Positions 12,955-26,637 of a stretch of 64,000 bases of DNA are shown here, one piece after another. Origin of the DNA: Eledone cirrhosa (Eukaryota). Position 1 is the first letter of the stretch. The number at the start of each line of letters is the position of its first letter. The notes below the pieces were generated by a model. That model did not search any database. It was not told where the DNA came from and saw only the letters and a list, made by a program, of their open reading frames with translations. Both the position numbers and the translations under genes were made by a program. Where the stretch lies: contig OZ024761.1 of NCBI GenBank assembly GCA_964016885.1, forward strand, positions 17,112,001 to 17,176,000, read 5' to 3'.

Positions 12955-14189
12955 CTTCAATACAAAAATATGTGGGAGGAATTCGTTAGAATTAAGCATT
13001 AAAAATAAAACAAATTACCATAGTTGCTATTGGATGCCCCTTCGTATAAGATGCCTCCTGGTTTTACAAGTATAAAGGGATTGAACAACAACATTGATGA
13101 TTAACATATTTGCCAGCCTATTGGACATACATTTTTTTCCCCCAAAAAACATTTAAAATCTTCCCGGCATCCAATATGTTCACATCACCGATGGGAGGCC
13201 AAAGGGAGGGTGAGGACAATCATGGTTTAAAAAATTTAGTTTGTATTACTATTAGTATTATTAATACAGTAATACAATGCCAGGAGTGCCACCGGTAGAT
13301 AGTATCAGCAATGGAAAGACCAATGGAAAAGTTGTTTCCTTGGTCCAATTTGATGAGGTCCACCCTACTCGGCAAGTGAATGAGATCTGGGATCTTATCG
13401 ATCGATCAGAGCAAGCAAGCGAATACAATGCAATTTATATAAGTAAAATAATATCGAACTTATATAAGAGTTTCTGAAGACTTAAAGTAATTTTGCCTCT
13501 TGCTTTGTGTGTGTGTTTTTTTGCTGATATACTGGAAGTTGCTTTGTCTGCATGTATTAATAACAGTAGATTTTATTTCAGCTATTGGGGACATAGTAAA
13601 TCTGCAGATGTTGTACAATGAAAAGAACAATGAAATAATTTTTTAATAACATTATGAAGAAATATACTAAAATTCTTTTTTTCTTAAAATGTCCTTGTAA
13701 AACTAGGAGGCTTCTTATATGAAGGGGCATCCAATAGGCCAGCAAATATGGTATTCCATCATTGTTGTCATTGTTTAATCCCTTTTTTTTTAAAAATGAA
13801 ATACACTCTATTTTCAATTAATTAATGAAGAATTTTGTGGCATTTACAAAAAATTATTACTTATTAATTATTTCAGGAGGGTCACGTTGCTGATAAAAAC
13901 ACCCACCAGGTGTGTTTCACCTCAGTTTTATTAATAGTTAGGTAACTAATCCATTTCTTCTCATTTAGTTTAGTAACTGGGTACTTGCTTAACTCTTTAG
14001 CATTTAAATTGGCCGTATCCAGCCAGAATTTTTTCACCTCTTTCTGTTCAAACAAGTTATAACCGGTTGCTCATACTTATGTTAAGGTATTGTTCTCAAA
14101 ATAAATAATATCAAAATCTCGTAGATTCGATATTATGTGAGATAAAGTGTTTACCGTGAAAATACAATGGTAAATATAGGGTTAATTCA

Positions 14190-14460
14190 TTATCATCATC
14201 ATCGTCATCATTTTTATGTCTGTTTTTTTCCACGCTTGCATGGGTTGGACAGGTCCTTCTCAGCACAGCATATCTCCACTCGTCACAATCCTGTGTCATC
14301 TCCTCTGTGAGTTTCAGTGATTTGCTCTCAGCTCTCATCACCTCAGCCCAGGTCTTTCTTGGTCTACCTTTACTGCAGCTTCCTTCCACTGGTATTTCGT
14401 GGCACTTCTTCACCCAACAATTATTGTCTATGAGTATCCCATGACCAAATCAACACAGTC
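14190..14460 (-). mobile_element. RTE LINE 3' end
   Basis: KKCHEIPVEG...KGRPRKTWAEV, same tail as the 53932 copy. Confidence 0.85.
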
Positions 14461-14864
14461 ATATTTAATTATCAAAGCTCTTTCGTCACAAATGCTGTGA
14501 CCTTTTCAATGACTCTTCATGTTCCTCTTTGTTTTCATCTCCTATTTACTGCCTCTTGTTTACTTTCATTAGAAATATGGTAATGAAGGGGTTAAGTACT
14601 TCAATAATACACTAATAACAATAATTAATATGATTACATTTGTTAAATAGAAGCACACAAACAAATGATAATATGCATATGCAATCACACCACAGTAGGC
14701 TGTGATTTGAGGGAAATTTGGTTATTGCTTTTAGCAGGTCAAGTGATTGCATAGAAGCTCCCTTACTGGTTCATATGGGAAGTCTTTGATCAGAGTTGGG
14801 AAAACAGGATGGGAAGAGGATAGGAAGTCAGGAAGACAAGAGGATCATGGGAAGAGAGTAAGTC

Positions 14865-17520
14865 AAGATAAGAAGTTGAGAGGATTATGGGAAGAGAGGA
14901 AGTTGAGAGGATTATGGAAAGAGAGGAAGTAGAGAGGATTATGGGAAGAGAGGAAGTAGAGAGGATTATGGGAAGAGAGGAAGTAGAGAGGATTATGGGA
15001 AGAGAGGAAGTTGAGAGGATTATGGAAAGAGAGGAAGTAGAGAGGATTATGGGAAGATAAGAAGTTGAGAGGATTATGGGAAGAGAGGAAGTAGAGAGGA
15101 TTATGGGAAGAGAGGAAGTTGAGAGGATTATGGGAAGAGAGGAAGTTGAGAGGATTATGGGAAGAGAGGAAGTTGAGAGGATTATGGAAGAACAAGAAAA
15201 GAAGAGGATGAAGGAAAACAAGAGCATGACAAGTAGATAGGAAGCAGAGAGGATTATGGGAAGATAGGAAGTTGAGAGGATGATGGGAAGACAAGATGAT
15301 TATGGGAAGATAAGAAGTCTAGAGGATTATGGGAAGATAGGAAGTCTAGAGGATTATGGGAAGATAGGAACTCTAGAGGATTATGGGAAGATAAGAAGTC
15401 GAGAGGATTATGGGAAGATAAGAGGTTGAGAGGATTATGGGAAGATAGGAGGTTGAGAGGATTATGGGAAGATAGGAAGTCTAGAGGATTATGGGAAGAT
15501 AGGAATTCTAGAGGATTATGGGAAGATAGGAAGTCTAGAGGATTATGGGAAGATAGGAAGTCTAGAGGATTATGGGAAGATAAGAGGTTGAGAGGATTAT
15601 GGGAAGATAGGAAGTCTAGAGGATTATGGGAAGATAGGAATTCTAGAGGATTATGGGAAGATAGGAAGTCTAGAGGATTATGGGAAGATAGGAAGTCTAG
15701 AGGATTATGGGAAGATAAGAGGTTGAGAGGATTATGGGAAGATAGGAACTCTAGAGGATTATGGGAAGATAGGAAGTCTAGAGGATTATGGGAAGATAGG
15801 AAGTCTAGAGGATTATGGGAAGATAAGAGGTTGAGAGGATTATGGGAAGATAGGAACTCTAGAGGATTATGGGAAGATAGGAAGTCTAGAGGATTATGGG
15901 AAGATAGGAAGTCTAGAGGATTATGGGAAGATAGGAAGTCGAGAGGATTATGGGAAGATAAGAAGTCGAGAGGATTATGGGAAGATAGGAAGTCTAGAGG
16001 ATTATGGGAAGATAAGAGGTTGAGAGGATTATGGGAAGATAGGAACTCTAGAGGATTATGGGAAGATAAGAGGTTGAGAGGATTATGGGAAGATAGGAAG
16101 TCTAGAGGATTATGGGAAGATAGGAAGTCTACAGGATTATGGGAAGATAGGAAGTCTAGAGGATTATGGGAAGATAAGAGGTTGAGAGGATTATGGGAAG
16201 ATAGGAACTCTAGAGGATTATGGGAAGATAGGAAGTCTAGAGGATTATGGGAAGATAAGAGGTTGAGAGGATTATGGGAAGATAGGAACTCTAGAGGATT
16301 ATGGGAAGATAGGAAGTCTAGAGGATTATGGGAAGATAAGAAGTCGAGAGGATTATGGGAAGATAGGAAGTCTAGAGGATTATGGGAAGATAGGAAGTCT
16401 AGAGGATTATGGGAAGATAGGAAGTCTAGAGGATTATGGGAAGATAGGAAGTCTAGAGGATTATGGGAAGATAGGAAGTCTAGAGGATTATGGGAAGATA
16501 AGAGGTTGAGAGGATTATGGGAAGATAGGAACTCTAGAGGATTATGGGAAGATAGGAAGTCTAGAGGATTATGGGAAGATAGGAAGTCTAGAGGATTATG
16601 GGAAGATAAGAAGTCTAGAGGATTATGGGAAGATAGGAACTCTAGAGGATTATGGGAAGATAAGAGGTTGAGAGGATTATGGGAAGATAGGAAGTCTAGA
16701 GGATTATGGGAAGATAGGAAGTCTAGAGGATTATGGGAAGATAGGAAGTCTAGAGGATTATGGGAAGATAGGAAGTCTAGAGGATTATGGGAAGATAGGA
16801 AGTCTAGAGGATTATGGGAAGATAGGAAGTCTAGAGGATTATGGGAAGATAAGAGGTTGAGAGGATTATGGGAAGATAGGAACTCTAGAGGATTATGGGA
16901 AGATAGGAATTCTAGAGGATTATGGGAAGATAGGAAGTCTAGAGGATTATGGGAAGATAGGAAGTCTAGAGGATTATGGGAAGATAGGAAGTCTAGAGGA
17001 TTATGGGAAGATAAGAAGTCTAGAGGATTATGGGAAGATAGGAACTCTAGAGGATTATGGGAAGATAAGAGGTTGAGAGGATTATGGGAAGATAGGAAGT
17101 CTAGAGGATTATGGGAAGATAGGAAGTCTAGAGGATTATGGGAAGATAAGAGGTTGAGAGGATTATGGGAAGATAGGAACTCTAGAGGATTATGGGAAGA
17201 TAAGAGGTTGAGAGGATTATGGGAAGATAGGAAGTCTAGAGGATTATGGGAAGATAGGAAGTCTAGAGGATTATGGGAAGATAAGAGGTTGAGAGGATTA
17301 TGGGAAGATAGGAACTCTAGAGGATTATGGGAAGATAGGAATTCTAGAGGATTATGGGAAGATAGGAAGTCTAGAGGATTATGGGAAGATAAGAAGTCTA
17401 GAGGATTATGGGAAGATAAGAGGTTGAGAGGATTATGGGAAGATAGGAACTCTAGAGGATTATGGGAAGATAGGAATTCTAGAGGATTATGGGAAGATAG
17501 GAAGTCTAGAGGATTATGGG
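14865..17520. repeat. 24-bp purine-rich minisatellite (agaggattatgggaagataggaagtct-type), ~105 copies
   Basis: 8-aa periodic ORFs on both strands. Confidence 0.97.
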
Positions 17521-17535
17521 TAAAATTTACCGTAC

Positions 17536-17650
17536 AAGAAGTATTCTTCACTCGCAGTCTTTGAGGTATAGTTGTAAAAATATGGATCTATGATGGTCTT
17601 CCATGATGGCGGTACATCTCCAGGGGAATTAAACAACATTGTGAGGTTAG
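17536..17650 (-). CDS. SLC6 exon: second part of EL2 (NLTMLFNSPGDVPPSWK...KTASEEYF)
   Basis: SEEY motif; the phase-2 donor GTACGG is required to join the next exon in frame. Confidence 0.88.
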
Positions 17651-18112
17651 CTAGAACCAAAAATAGGAGTTTATTTTTTAATCTGGTCAGGAACAAACCC
17701 GTAGCTTACTAATTCACTGAAATAGTGATTTCCAACATAGGTACAAGGCTACACATTTAGGATGGGTCGAGTAGTGTTAGGGAGGATGATAAGACTTTAA
17801 CTGTGGTGAGGAGAACATTGTGTGTCTATATGTGTATGTGTGTGTTTGTTAGTGTGTAAGTGTGTTTGTGCATGATTGTATGTGTATGTATGCGTTTGTG
17901 TATGGGTGTTTGTGTGTGTGTGATTGTGTTTGTGTGTCTGTCTGCGTGTTTGTATATGCATGATTATGTGTGAGTTTATGTAATTGTGTGTGTGTGTTTG
18001 TATGTGATGTATGCGATTCTGTTTGTATATGTGCGTGTCTCTGTCTGTGTGTGAGATTCTGTCTGTGTGAGTGTGTGTGTGCGCGATTGTATGTGGGTAT
18101 ATATAATTTACT

Positions 18113-18144
<32 letters not shown>

Positions 18145-18487
18145 CTCAAGGGTCATGCCCCAGCATGGCCACCGCAGCTCAACTCGATGAGTTGAAACCT
18201 CTTAAAAGGAATAACAGAATTGTGGAATAGACAAGAACATAGAATGCAATAACAGAGCTTATACTTATGTCTACATTGAGGGAGGGTGTTATTAACCCTT
18301 TTGGCACTGTTGGCGACATAAATCACCAATAGAGTAATCTCCCCTTAATTCATAATACAGTGTCAAGGGAAGCAATTCATCAAAGAAATTCAGCCTCCAG
18401 AAGGTTAAACAGGCCTTTGCTGTCAGTCAGAGACAATGCTTGACTGTCAGTGTTGCAGAACAGACAAGAACAGAGGCTTATACTTAC

Positions 18488-18775
18488 GTCTACATTGAGG
18501 GAGGGTGTCATTAAACAAGCCTTCGATGTCACTCAGAGACAGCGCTTGATTGTTGATGCTGTTGTTGTTGTCGGTGGTGGTGATGGCGGCGATATTGGTG
18601 TAGTTGGGGCCGTATAGAGAGGTGGTGCAATTACATGTGTTCCACTCATTGTTGCAAGTAAGCCACGGCAGAGATGAAGTGAAGGAGGAGAAGAGGAAGA
18701 AGACGGAATAGGCCACAATTACATTGTAGTAGATTGTGATGAGGAACACCAGAATCAACATGGAGTAACCTACAC
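18488..18775 (-). CDS. SLC6 exon: TM3 and first part of EL2 ([23 protein letters not shown]...[15 protein letters not shown]...)
   Basis: Within ORF 18447-18860; cag/gtaagt boundaries; 288 nt. Confidence 0.95.
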
Positions 18776-18792
18776 CTGGAATGACAAAATGT

Positions 18793-18852
<60 letters not shown>

Positions 18853-18888
18853 ATTAACAAATGGAAACTATATTTATAAAACCATATT

Positions 18889-18955
18889 TATTTCATTATA
18901 CATATTTCAAGGACACCAGGTTAAATTATGGTGTGCTTTCATCAGATAAAATATA
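18889..18955 (-). ncRNA. Type I hammerhead ribozyme (sense to SLC6 pre-mRNA)
   Basis: Reverse complement: tattttat CTGATGA aag-c-acacca...tggtgt-c-ctt GAAA tatgtat A atgaaata. Confidence 0.8.
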
Positions 18956-19802
18956 ATATAGAGCAGTTTTATAAATAAATATTGACATACCCTTAAAGAA
19001 TGCAACCATTACTGTTGGAAGCTCCCGGATAGTGACACATTTGTTGAGTGCTTTATATCAGTTATAAAAATATTTGCTTGTTGTATCCCAACAATTTAAA
19101 TAGAACTTTTACATATATATATATATATATATATAATAGCAGAGGTAGTATATATAAAACCCGGGAGTGGGGATATTCCCAGGTCCCATTAAAATGCCCA
19201 ATACCTCGCAGACCAAAAATGAAATCAAAATATAGGACAGATAATGAAAAGTGAAGACAAATTCATTTACAAAACAATAATTGTTTCTACTTTAGGCACA
19301 AGGCCAGCAATTACCCAGTGCATTACTGGTACTTTATTTTATCGACCCCGTAAGGATGAAATGCAAAGTCAACCTCGGCGGGATTTGAACTCAGATCGTA
19401 AAGGGACGTAACTATGTTGGAAACAAAACAATAATACAAACAAATATTGTTGATTGCATTGGTCAGGTAAAAAAAGGTTTCTCAGAAAAGTTGAGTGTTG
19501 CTATAAGGAAAAAAATAGGACCCCCATTAGGGTGTCTTAATATTATTGAAATTTGCTGAAATTTTATGAATAGGCATCAAATCTTGTCATTTACCTCTGG
19601 TTTAAATTTCATATTAATCGAAGGGAAAAAGTTTTCAGAGGGGGTTTGAGCCCCCGGGGAGCCTTTGATAAAAAATGAAATAAACGTAAGAAATCAAATG
19701 GGCATGAGCCCCACACACGTGTCAAGTTTCATCAAGATCGGTTTGGTAGTTTTTGAGTTTTAGGTTCACAAACAAACACACAAACAGACAGAAATTGCCA
19801 TT

Positions 19803-19859
<57 letters not shown>

Positions 19860-20655
19860 TTATATTATATGTGTGTATGTGTGTGTATATGTATATATAT
19901 ATATATATTGTATGTGTGTATGTGCGTATATATATATATACATGTATGTGTAAATGTATATATGTGTGTGTGTGTGTATGTATGTATGTGTGTGATTATA
20001 TATATATATATATATGTGTGTGTGCATGTGTGTGTAAATGTATATATGTGTGTGTATGTATGTATGTGTGTGTGTATATATATATACCCTTGCAAGCAGG
20101 GAAAAGCGAACATATGATGATGATACAGGGTGTCCCAAAAAATGCATACACACTTTGATTACCTGTACAGGCAATATTTATTAGAATGCTGTTGAAATGT
20201 GGTTTTTGTGTGTGTGTGTGTATGTATATCATTCATTATTCATTTCATTTTACGTCCGCTTTTCCCTGCTTGCAAGGGTGGGACGGGAACTGATTCTGGC
20301 TTGATTTCTACAGCTGGATGCCCTTCCTAACCCCAACCTCATTTACAGTGAGTGGTGGGTGCTTTTTTGCCGTAGCACCTCCATGACCACTTTCCAGTGG
20401 AATGATAGGGACCCCAGTCCCTACCATCTCATTTCTACAGCTGAGTAAACTGGAGCAATGTGAAATAAAGTGTCTTGCTCAAGGAAACAACACATCACCC
20501 GGTGTGAGAATTGAACTCACAACCTTTCGATTGCAAGCCCAATGCTCTAACCACTAAGCCATGTGCCTCCATATATATATACATATGTATCAATGCCAAA
20601 ACAATTATAAGAGTGCCACCCTTGCAAGCAGGGAAAAGCGGACGTATGATGATGA

Positions 20656-20689
<34 letters not shown>

Positions 20690-20798
20690 TTGCTGAAGTT
20701 GATGTGTACCAGTTAACAAACACGCAACAATAACAGCAACAACAACAACAATAGCGAGAGCAATAGTAACAATAATAACAACAGCTATGTGGACTCAC

Positions 20799-20930
20799 CT
20801 TTGAAAGGGGGACAGTGTCTAAATATTGCCAATGGCCCCAGACCACTGAACTGACCAACAGAAATCTCCATAAAGAACAAAGGAACACCAATAGTGACCA
20901 GACATATCACATAGGGAATTAGAAAGGCAC
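20799..20930 (-). CDS. SLC6 exon: TM2 (GAFLIPYVICLVTIGVPLFFMEISVGQFSGLGPLAIFRHCPPFK)
   Basis: Manual translation; cag/gtgagt boundaries; 132 nt, phase 1-1. Confidence 0.96.
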
Positions 20931-21299
20931 CTGTAAGTAAAGATATGTAACTCTTCCATTACTGATACCATTACTTGTAAACTGTGTTAAAAATTCTATG
21001 TATCAACCACAAGAAGATTTCTGTTATCTTTACGCGTGAAAATCATTACTCTATGTGGATTTCTAAAAGATAGGTTTTGTTTTCCTTATATCTCCAGAAT
21101 TATGTCAAATAGTATGTGTAATGGCTTGTACGAAAGATGGCTGTATTTGTTGTATATTTATATATTTGTGTGTATGTGACTTGGAAACTGTGTTAAAGTT
21201 CTATGTATCAGCCATTACGGTTCTCACTTCCCAACCACCTACCCCACCTGCACCACATTCGGTATACATGCCTGACGCTGTATGCTAACCACTCCCTTG

Positions 21300-23905
21300 T
21301 GAATATATCATAGAACAGACAAGGGGCGGACGGAGGCTCCGTAAGCCGTAGTGTAGGCAACTCGTCTAGGAGAGCTACCACTCCGAATAAATTGGTGCAG
21401 GGTAGAGAAGTCCCCTAAGTCCAGTAAGACAACTTCCCTAGGGCTGGTGGCACGAATAAAAACACCCAGTCCATGCTGTAAAATGGAGGGGTAGATAGGG
21501 CCCCTGAGTCCAGTTAGACGACCTCTCTAGTGCTGGTGGCACGAATAAAAGCACCTAGTCCATGCTGTAAAGTGGTGCTGGTGTTAGGAAAGGCATCCAA
21601 CCAGTATAATAAATGCCAAAATTATGAGCACAACAAATAAGAATTGCAACAACTGCGTCAACAGCAATAACCCTAACCATGTTAGAGCTGTGCATGGTAG
21701 TGAGGTGGCTAGTGAGGCCATGTGTGAGAACCCCACGACCGTCATCAGGCAATCACACAACAGGAAAAAGAATGAGACGTCGCACCTCGGAGTTGCCACA
21801 CTTAATGTTGGCACTCTAGTAGGTAGATCTGGTGAGATAGTGGAGATGCTGGAGAGAAGACATGTGGATGTGTGCTGTGTGCAAGAGGTGAGATGGAGAG
21901 GTGCCTCTGCAAGATTAATCACAGGCAAACATCATAGTTATAAGCTGTTCTGGGTGGGTAATGATGATGGGTTAGGTGGGGTGGGCATATTACTGGCTGA
22001 GAGATGGATCAATAAGACAATAGAGGTAGTTAGAGTTAGTAATAGAATAATTAAGCTTAGATTAGTTGTAGGCAAGAGACTGCTGACAATCATCTCTGCC
22101 TATGCTACCCAGGCAGACCTAGGTAAAGAAGAGAAAGACTGCTTTTACGAGCAACTTTTACAAACACCTCAATGACAGAGGACAGAGACATCGTTATGCT
22201 AGAGGGGGACTTCAATGGACATGTTGGACAGCTCCAGGATGGATACACTGGGGTACATGGTGGGCACGGTTACGGCTCAAGAAATGAAGGAGTAAGGCTT
22301 CTTGAATTTTGTGATGAAAATGCACTAACCATTTGCAACACTAACTTCCAGAAGCCTACCAACCACCTAATAACCTACAAATCAGGCGAGCACATAAGCC
22401 AGATTGACTTCCTGCTAGTTAGACAGCGGGACAGACAGATGGTGTCAAATACTAAGGCATACCCCAGGGAAGAATGTACCCCACAGCATAGGTTAGTTGT
22501 TAGTGATATCTCAGTAAGCAAGAGAAAGAATGAGACATACAGGAAGGTGTGGAAAAGAAAGGTCTGGAAGCTAAAAGACCTTTTATTAAAATATAAATTT
22601 AGCAAAGCCCTTCAAGATGTGTATGACAAAAAAGAAGACGATTTAGAGTTGTATGACAAAGATGATAACTGGAATTTCTTGCATGACAACTTACTGCAGG
22701 CTACTGAAGAAACTTGTGGTTCGGGCAGAGCTTCAACCAGACAGAGAGTGACCTGGTGGTGGAACAGCATGGTAGATAGGTCCATTAGAGACAAAAGATT
22801 GGCATGGAAGGCTTGGAAAAACGGTGGGAGTAGAGAAGGATATACAGCCGCTAAGAGAGAAGCTAGACGTCAGGTGTACTTAGCACGCAGGGAGGCTGAG
22901 AGTAGGAGATTTGCCAATGTCCTGCGACGGGAAGATCAGAGACTTGCGGTGTTCTGCACTGCAAGGCAGTGTGTCAGTGCAAATCAGGTTGTTGTTGGAG
23001 ATAAGTGTGTCCGGAATGATGCCGTTGTACTTAGTGTCATGAATAATCAAAAAAAGGAGGCCTGGAAATGTCATTATGAGAGACTGATGAATGTGGAGAA
23101 CGAATGGGAGAGAGAGAATTTAACCTTAGAATATCCGACACAGGGACCAGCTATTGAGATTGATGAATATAGGGTCCAAGAGGTAATTAAGGAAATCAAG
23201 AATGGTAAGGCTGCTGCACCGTCGGGGATAGTTCCTGAGATGCCGAAGGCATCAGGAGAAGTAGGCACTAAACTAGTTGCACGCATCATTAATCAAACTA
23301 TATATGGTGGTGTCATACCCAAAGACTGATGCAGCAGTATTCTCATAAATTGCTACAAAGGTAAAGGGGATGCTCTAGAGAGGAGAAATTATAGGGGTAT
23401 AAAACTGATGGATCAGGTTATGAAAGTGGCAGCGAGAATATTAGCGCAACTGATAGAGAAAGGGTTAAATTAGATGAGATGCAGTTTGGTTTTGTGCCTC
23501 GGAAAAGTACAACAGATGTCCTCTTCTTAGTGAGGCAACTACAAGAGAAGAATAAGCCACTATACTTAGCTTTTGTTGACCTAGAGAAGGTCTTTGATAG
23601 GGTACCCCGATCTGTCATCTGGTGGTCTCTAAGGAAACTAGGTGTAGAGGAATGGCTTGTGAGGACAGTGCAAGCTATGTACAGGGGTGCTGTCAGTAAA
23701 GTGAGAGTAGGAATGGAGTTTAGTGAGGAATTCCAGATACAAGTAGGTGTACATCAGAGTTTGGTCCTCAGCCCGCCCTTGTTCATTATAGTCCTCCAAG
23801 CCATAACAGAGGAGTTTAAGACTGGCTGTCCATGGAAACTTCTCTATGCTGATGATCTGGTTCTTATAGCAGAATCAGTAGAGGAGCTAGAGAATAAATT
23901 CTGGA
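21300..23905 (+). mobile_element. RTE-clade LINE, degenerate: 5'UTR, APE endonuclease and RT, 3'-truncated
   Basis: ATLNVGTL, VQEVRW, GDFNGHVG, QIDFLL, QHRLVV; RT QFGF, AFVDLEK.FD, LLYADDL; frameshifts near 22172 and 23460, stop at 23329. Confidence 0.95.
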
Positions 23906-24363
23906 AAAGCGGACATAAAAGGATGATGATCATGATATCATCATCATCATCATCATCATCATCAGGTTTAGCGTCCGTGTTCCACGCTTGCATGGGTTTG
24001 GACGGGGGTTTTCCCACTTGAGGCAAGAGTGATTGTCTTGCTCGCATAGGACTGTCTGGCGGGTTTTCTACAGCTGGATGCCCTTCCTAACACCAACCAC
24101 ATTTACAGTGTGGGGCTGGGAAGTTTTTACCATGTTGCCTACACGGCCACATTACAGCGTGGACTGTCTGGCGGGTTTTCTACAGCTGGATGCCCTTCCT
24201 AATATATATATATATACTTAAGAAAATTAACAAAGAGAGGAAAAGACAATGAACGAAAAACAATTTTTTAAGAAGATAGACGTTAACTGACAATGATGAT
24301 GATGATGATGGAACAACAAAACAAAAACCTGAACACAAAAATAATGAAATTTTTGTTGCTCAC

Positions 24364-24568
24364 CTCCTCCATTTTTATAACAGAGGTATGGAAAACGCCA
24401 AACATTCCCCAGTCCTACAGCAAACCCGACACACGTTATGAAGAATTCAATCTGTTTCCCCCAAGCTCCTTTTTGTTTGTTTTTCTCTCCTCCTCCTTCT
24501 TCTTCTGGTGATGATGATGAGTCTTTATCGGTTTCTGTCTTCCTGGTGTCAACACCATTTGTATCTTC
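24364..24568 (-). CDS. SLC6 exon: N-terminus and TM1 (EDTNG...[33 protein letters not shown])
   Basis: SLC6 signature; cag acceptor, gtgag donor, ends in phase 1. Confidence 0.96.
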
Positions 24569-24745
24569 CTGCACAATTTTTAAAAATAAGAAATGTATAT
24601 ATTATCCACACACATGTACACACACACACACACACACACACACATGCACACACACACATGTACATACATGTACGTACACACACACACACATGCATACATA
24701 TATGCACCCTCTCCACACACATATATATGCATACATACACATACA

Positions 24746-26024
24746 TATGGTGGCTGCCAACTCGTTTTCGAGTACGGCCACTACTTTATATCCATGTAGG
24801 AGAACCCCTACCGATGCGCTGAACGAGTGTGACTTTTTAGTCCAGCCAGCGACTTGAAAACTCTGGTGCAAACACTACACTTGTGACAATTATTGACACA
24901 TAGTGCTGGGCCCATGGTACCATGTGACGACAAGTGCAGAGAGATCTCCAGATACAAAGTAATGCCTGTACCGTGAAGCTTTTATAGTGAGCAAAGGCAC
25001 TGCACAAAGCCAGTCCCACTCTCTTAACCAAGATGATATTTACTAAAAAGAAGAACAAGTCAACATCATTGGATACCATCAGCGTTGCAGGTGTTATATC
25101 AGAGTTTTCCTTCTCCTAGAATTCTGCCTTGACAAAGGCTATGGGGTCATCTCTCCCGGTGATTTTGGATGGCCATTGACTCTTAAGAGCTCCTTTGCCC
25201 TTTGACAGGTTTTGTTTTTAGTCCTGCAGGATGTTCAAAGTCACCCTCCTCACCAAGAAACCTTGGTGGGGTTGCCAGTTTAGTCGCCAACGACCCGACC
25301 ATGGGACAGGTTGTACTGGGATACATGTTACCAGTAGCACCAACTGGTGACCTGACACTACATATATATATACATACATACATACACATATATATATATA
25401 TATATATATATATGGTGGCTGCCAACTCGTTTTGGAGTACGGCCACTACTTTATATCCATGTAGGAGAACCCCTACCGATGCGCTGAACGAGTGTGACTT
25501 TTTAGTCTAGCCAGCGACTTGAAAACTCTGGTACAAACACTACACTTGTGACAATTATTGACACATAGTGCTGGGCCCATGGTACCATGTGACGACAAGT
25601 GCAGAGAGATCTCCAGATATAAAGTAATGCCTGTGCCGTGAAGCTTTTATAGTGAGCAAAGGCACTGCACAAAGCCAGTCCCACTCTCTTAACCAAGATG
25701 ATATTTACCAAAAAGAAGAACAAGTCAACATCATTGGATACCATCAGCGTTGCAGGTGTTATATCAGAGTTTTCCTTCTCCTAGAATTCTGCCTTGACAA
25801 AGGCTAAGGGGTCATCTCTCCCGGTGATTGTGGATGGCCATTGACTCTTAAGAGCTCCTTTGCCCTTTGACAGGTTTTGTTTTTACTCCTGCAGGATGTC
25901 CAAAGTCACCCTCCTCACTAAGAAACCTTGGTGGGGTTGCCAGTTTAGTCGCCAACGACCCGACCATGAGACAGGTTGTACTGGGATACATGTTACCAGT
26001 AGCACCAACTGGTGACCTGACACA
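24746..26024 (-). mobile_element. Tandem pair (~665-bp period) of an RTE-5'UTR-derived non-autonomous element; inverted partial copy at 6010-6421
   Basis: Near-identical direct duplicates; ctaggagaaggaaaactctga motif typical of RTE leaders. Confidence 0.7.
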
Positions 26025-26637
26025 TACATATACATGCATACATACATACATGCGCCCTGTCCACACACACACACATGGATACATATATGCACTCTCTTTA
26101 CACACACACATGCATACATATATACACATACATGCATACATACACATACATGAACCCACTCCACACACACACATATATTCATGCACCCTCTCCACGCACA
26201 CATACACATATATAAACACATACATCCATGCACTCTCTCCACATGCACACATATACATATATGAATTCACCCTCTCCGTATATACATACGTATACACATA
26301 TACATACATATATGATGGCTGCCCTCTCGTTATCGAGTATGGCCATTGCACGATATACCATTATTAATAATTATTAATTAATTCTATCATGCAATGCCTG
26401 TGCGTGAAGATATGTTTAAAGTGAGGAAAGACTGTGCACTGAGCCAATCCCATTCTCTGAGGGACAGTAGCTATAACCCAAAAAGAAGAAAAGATCAACA
26501 TCATCGGTAACTACTGAGCTGCAGGTTTTATATCGGAGTTATCCCAGTTTCCTGAGTTGCCTTCTCCTAGAAGAATGCCCTGACAAAGGCTAGGGGTCCT
26601 TCACTCCCAGTGGTTTAACTGCATACGCACATACATA

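Noticed and set aside
15254-17564. 765-aa and 712-aa ORFs
   Set aside because: Translations of a 24-bp intronic minisatellite; open only because the unit is a multiple of 3 with no stop codon
25270-25360. HDV-like ribozyme at the RTE-derived leader (minus strand), also near 21240-21295
   Set aside because: P4, CTAA and P2-like pieces are visible, but a full nested double pseudoknot could not be built by eye; needs a descriptor search on the family consensus
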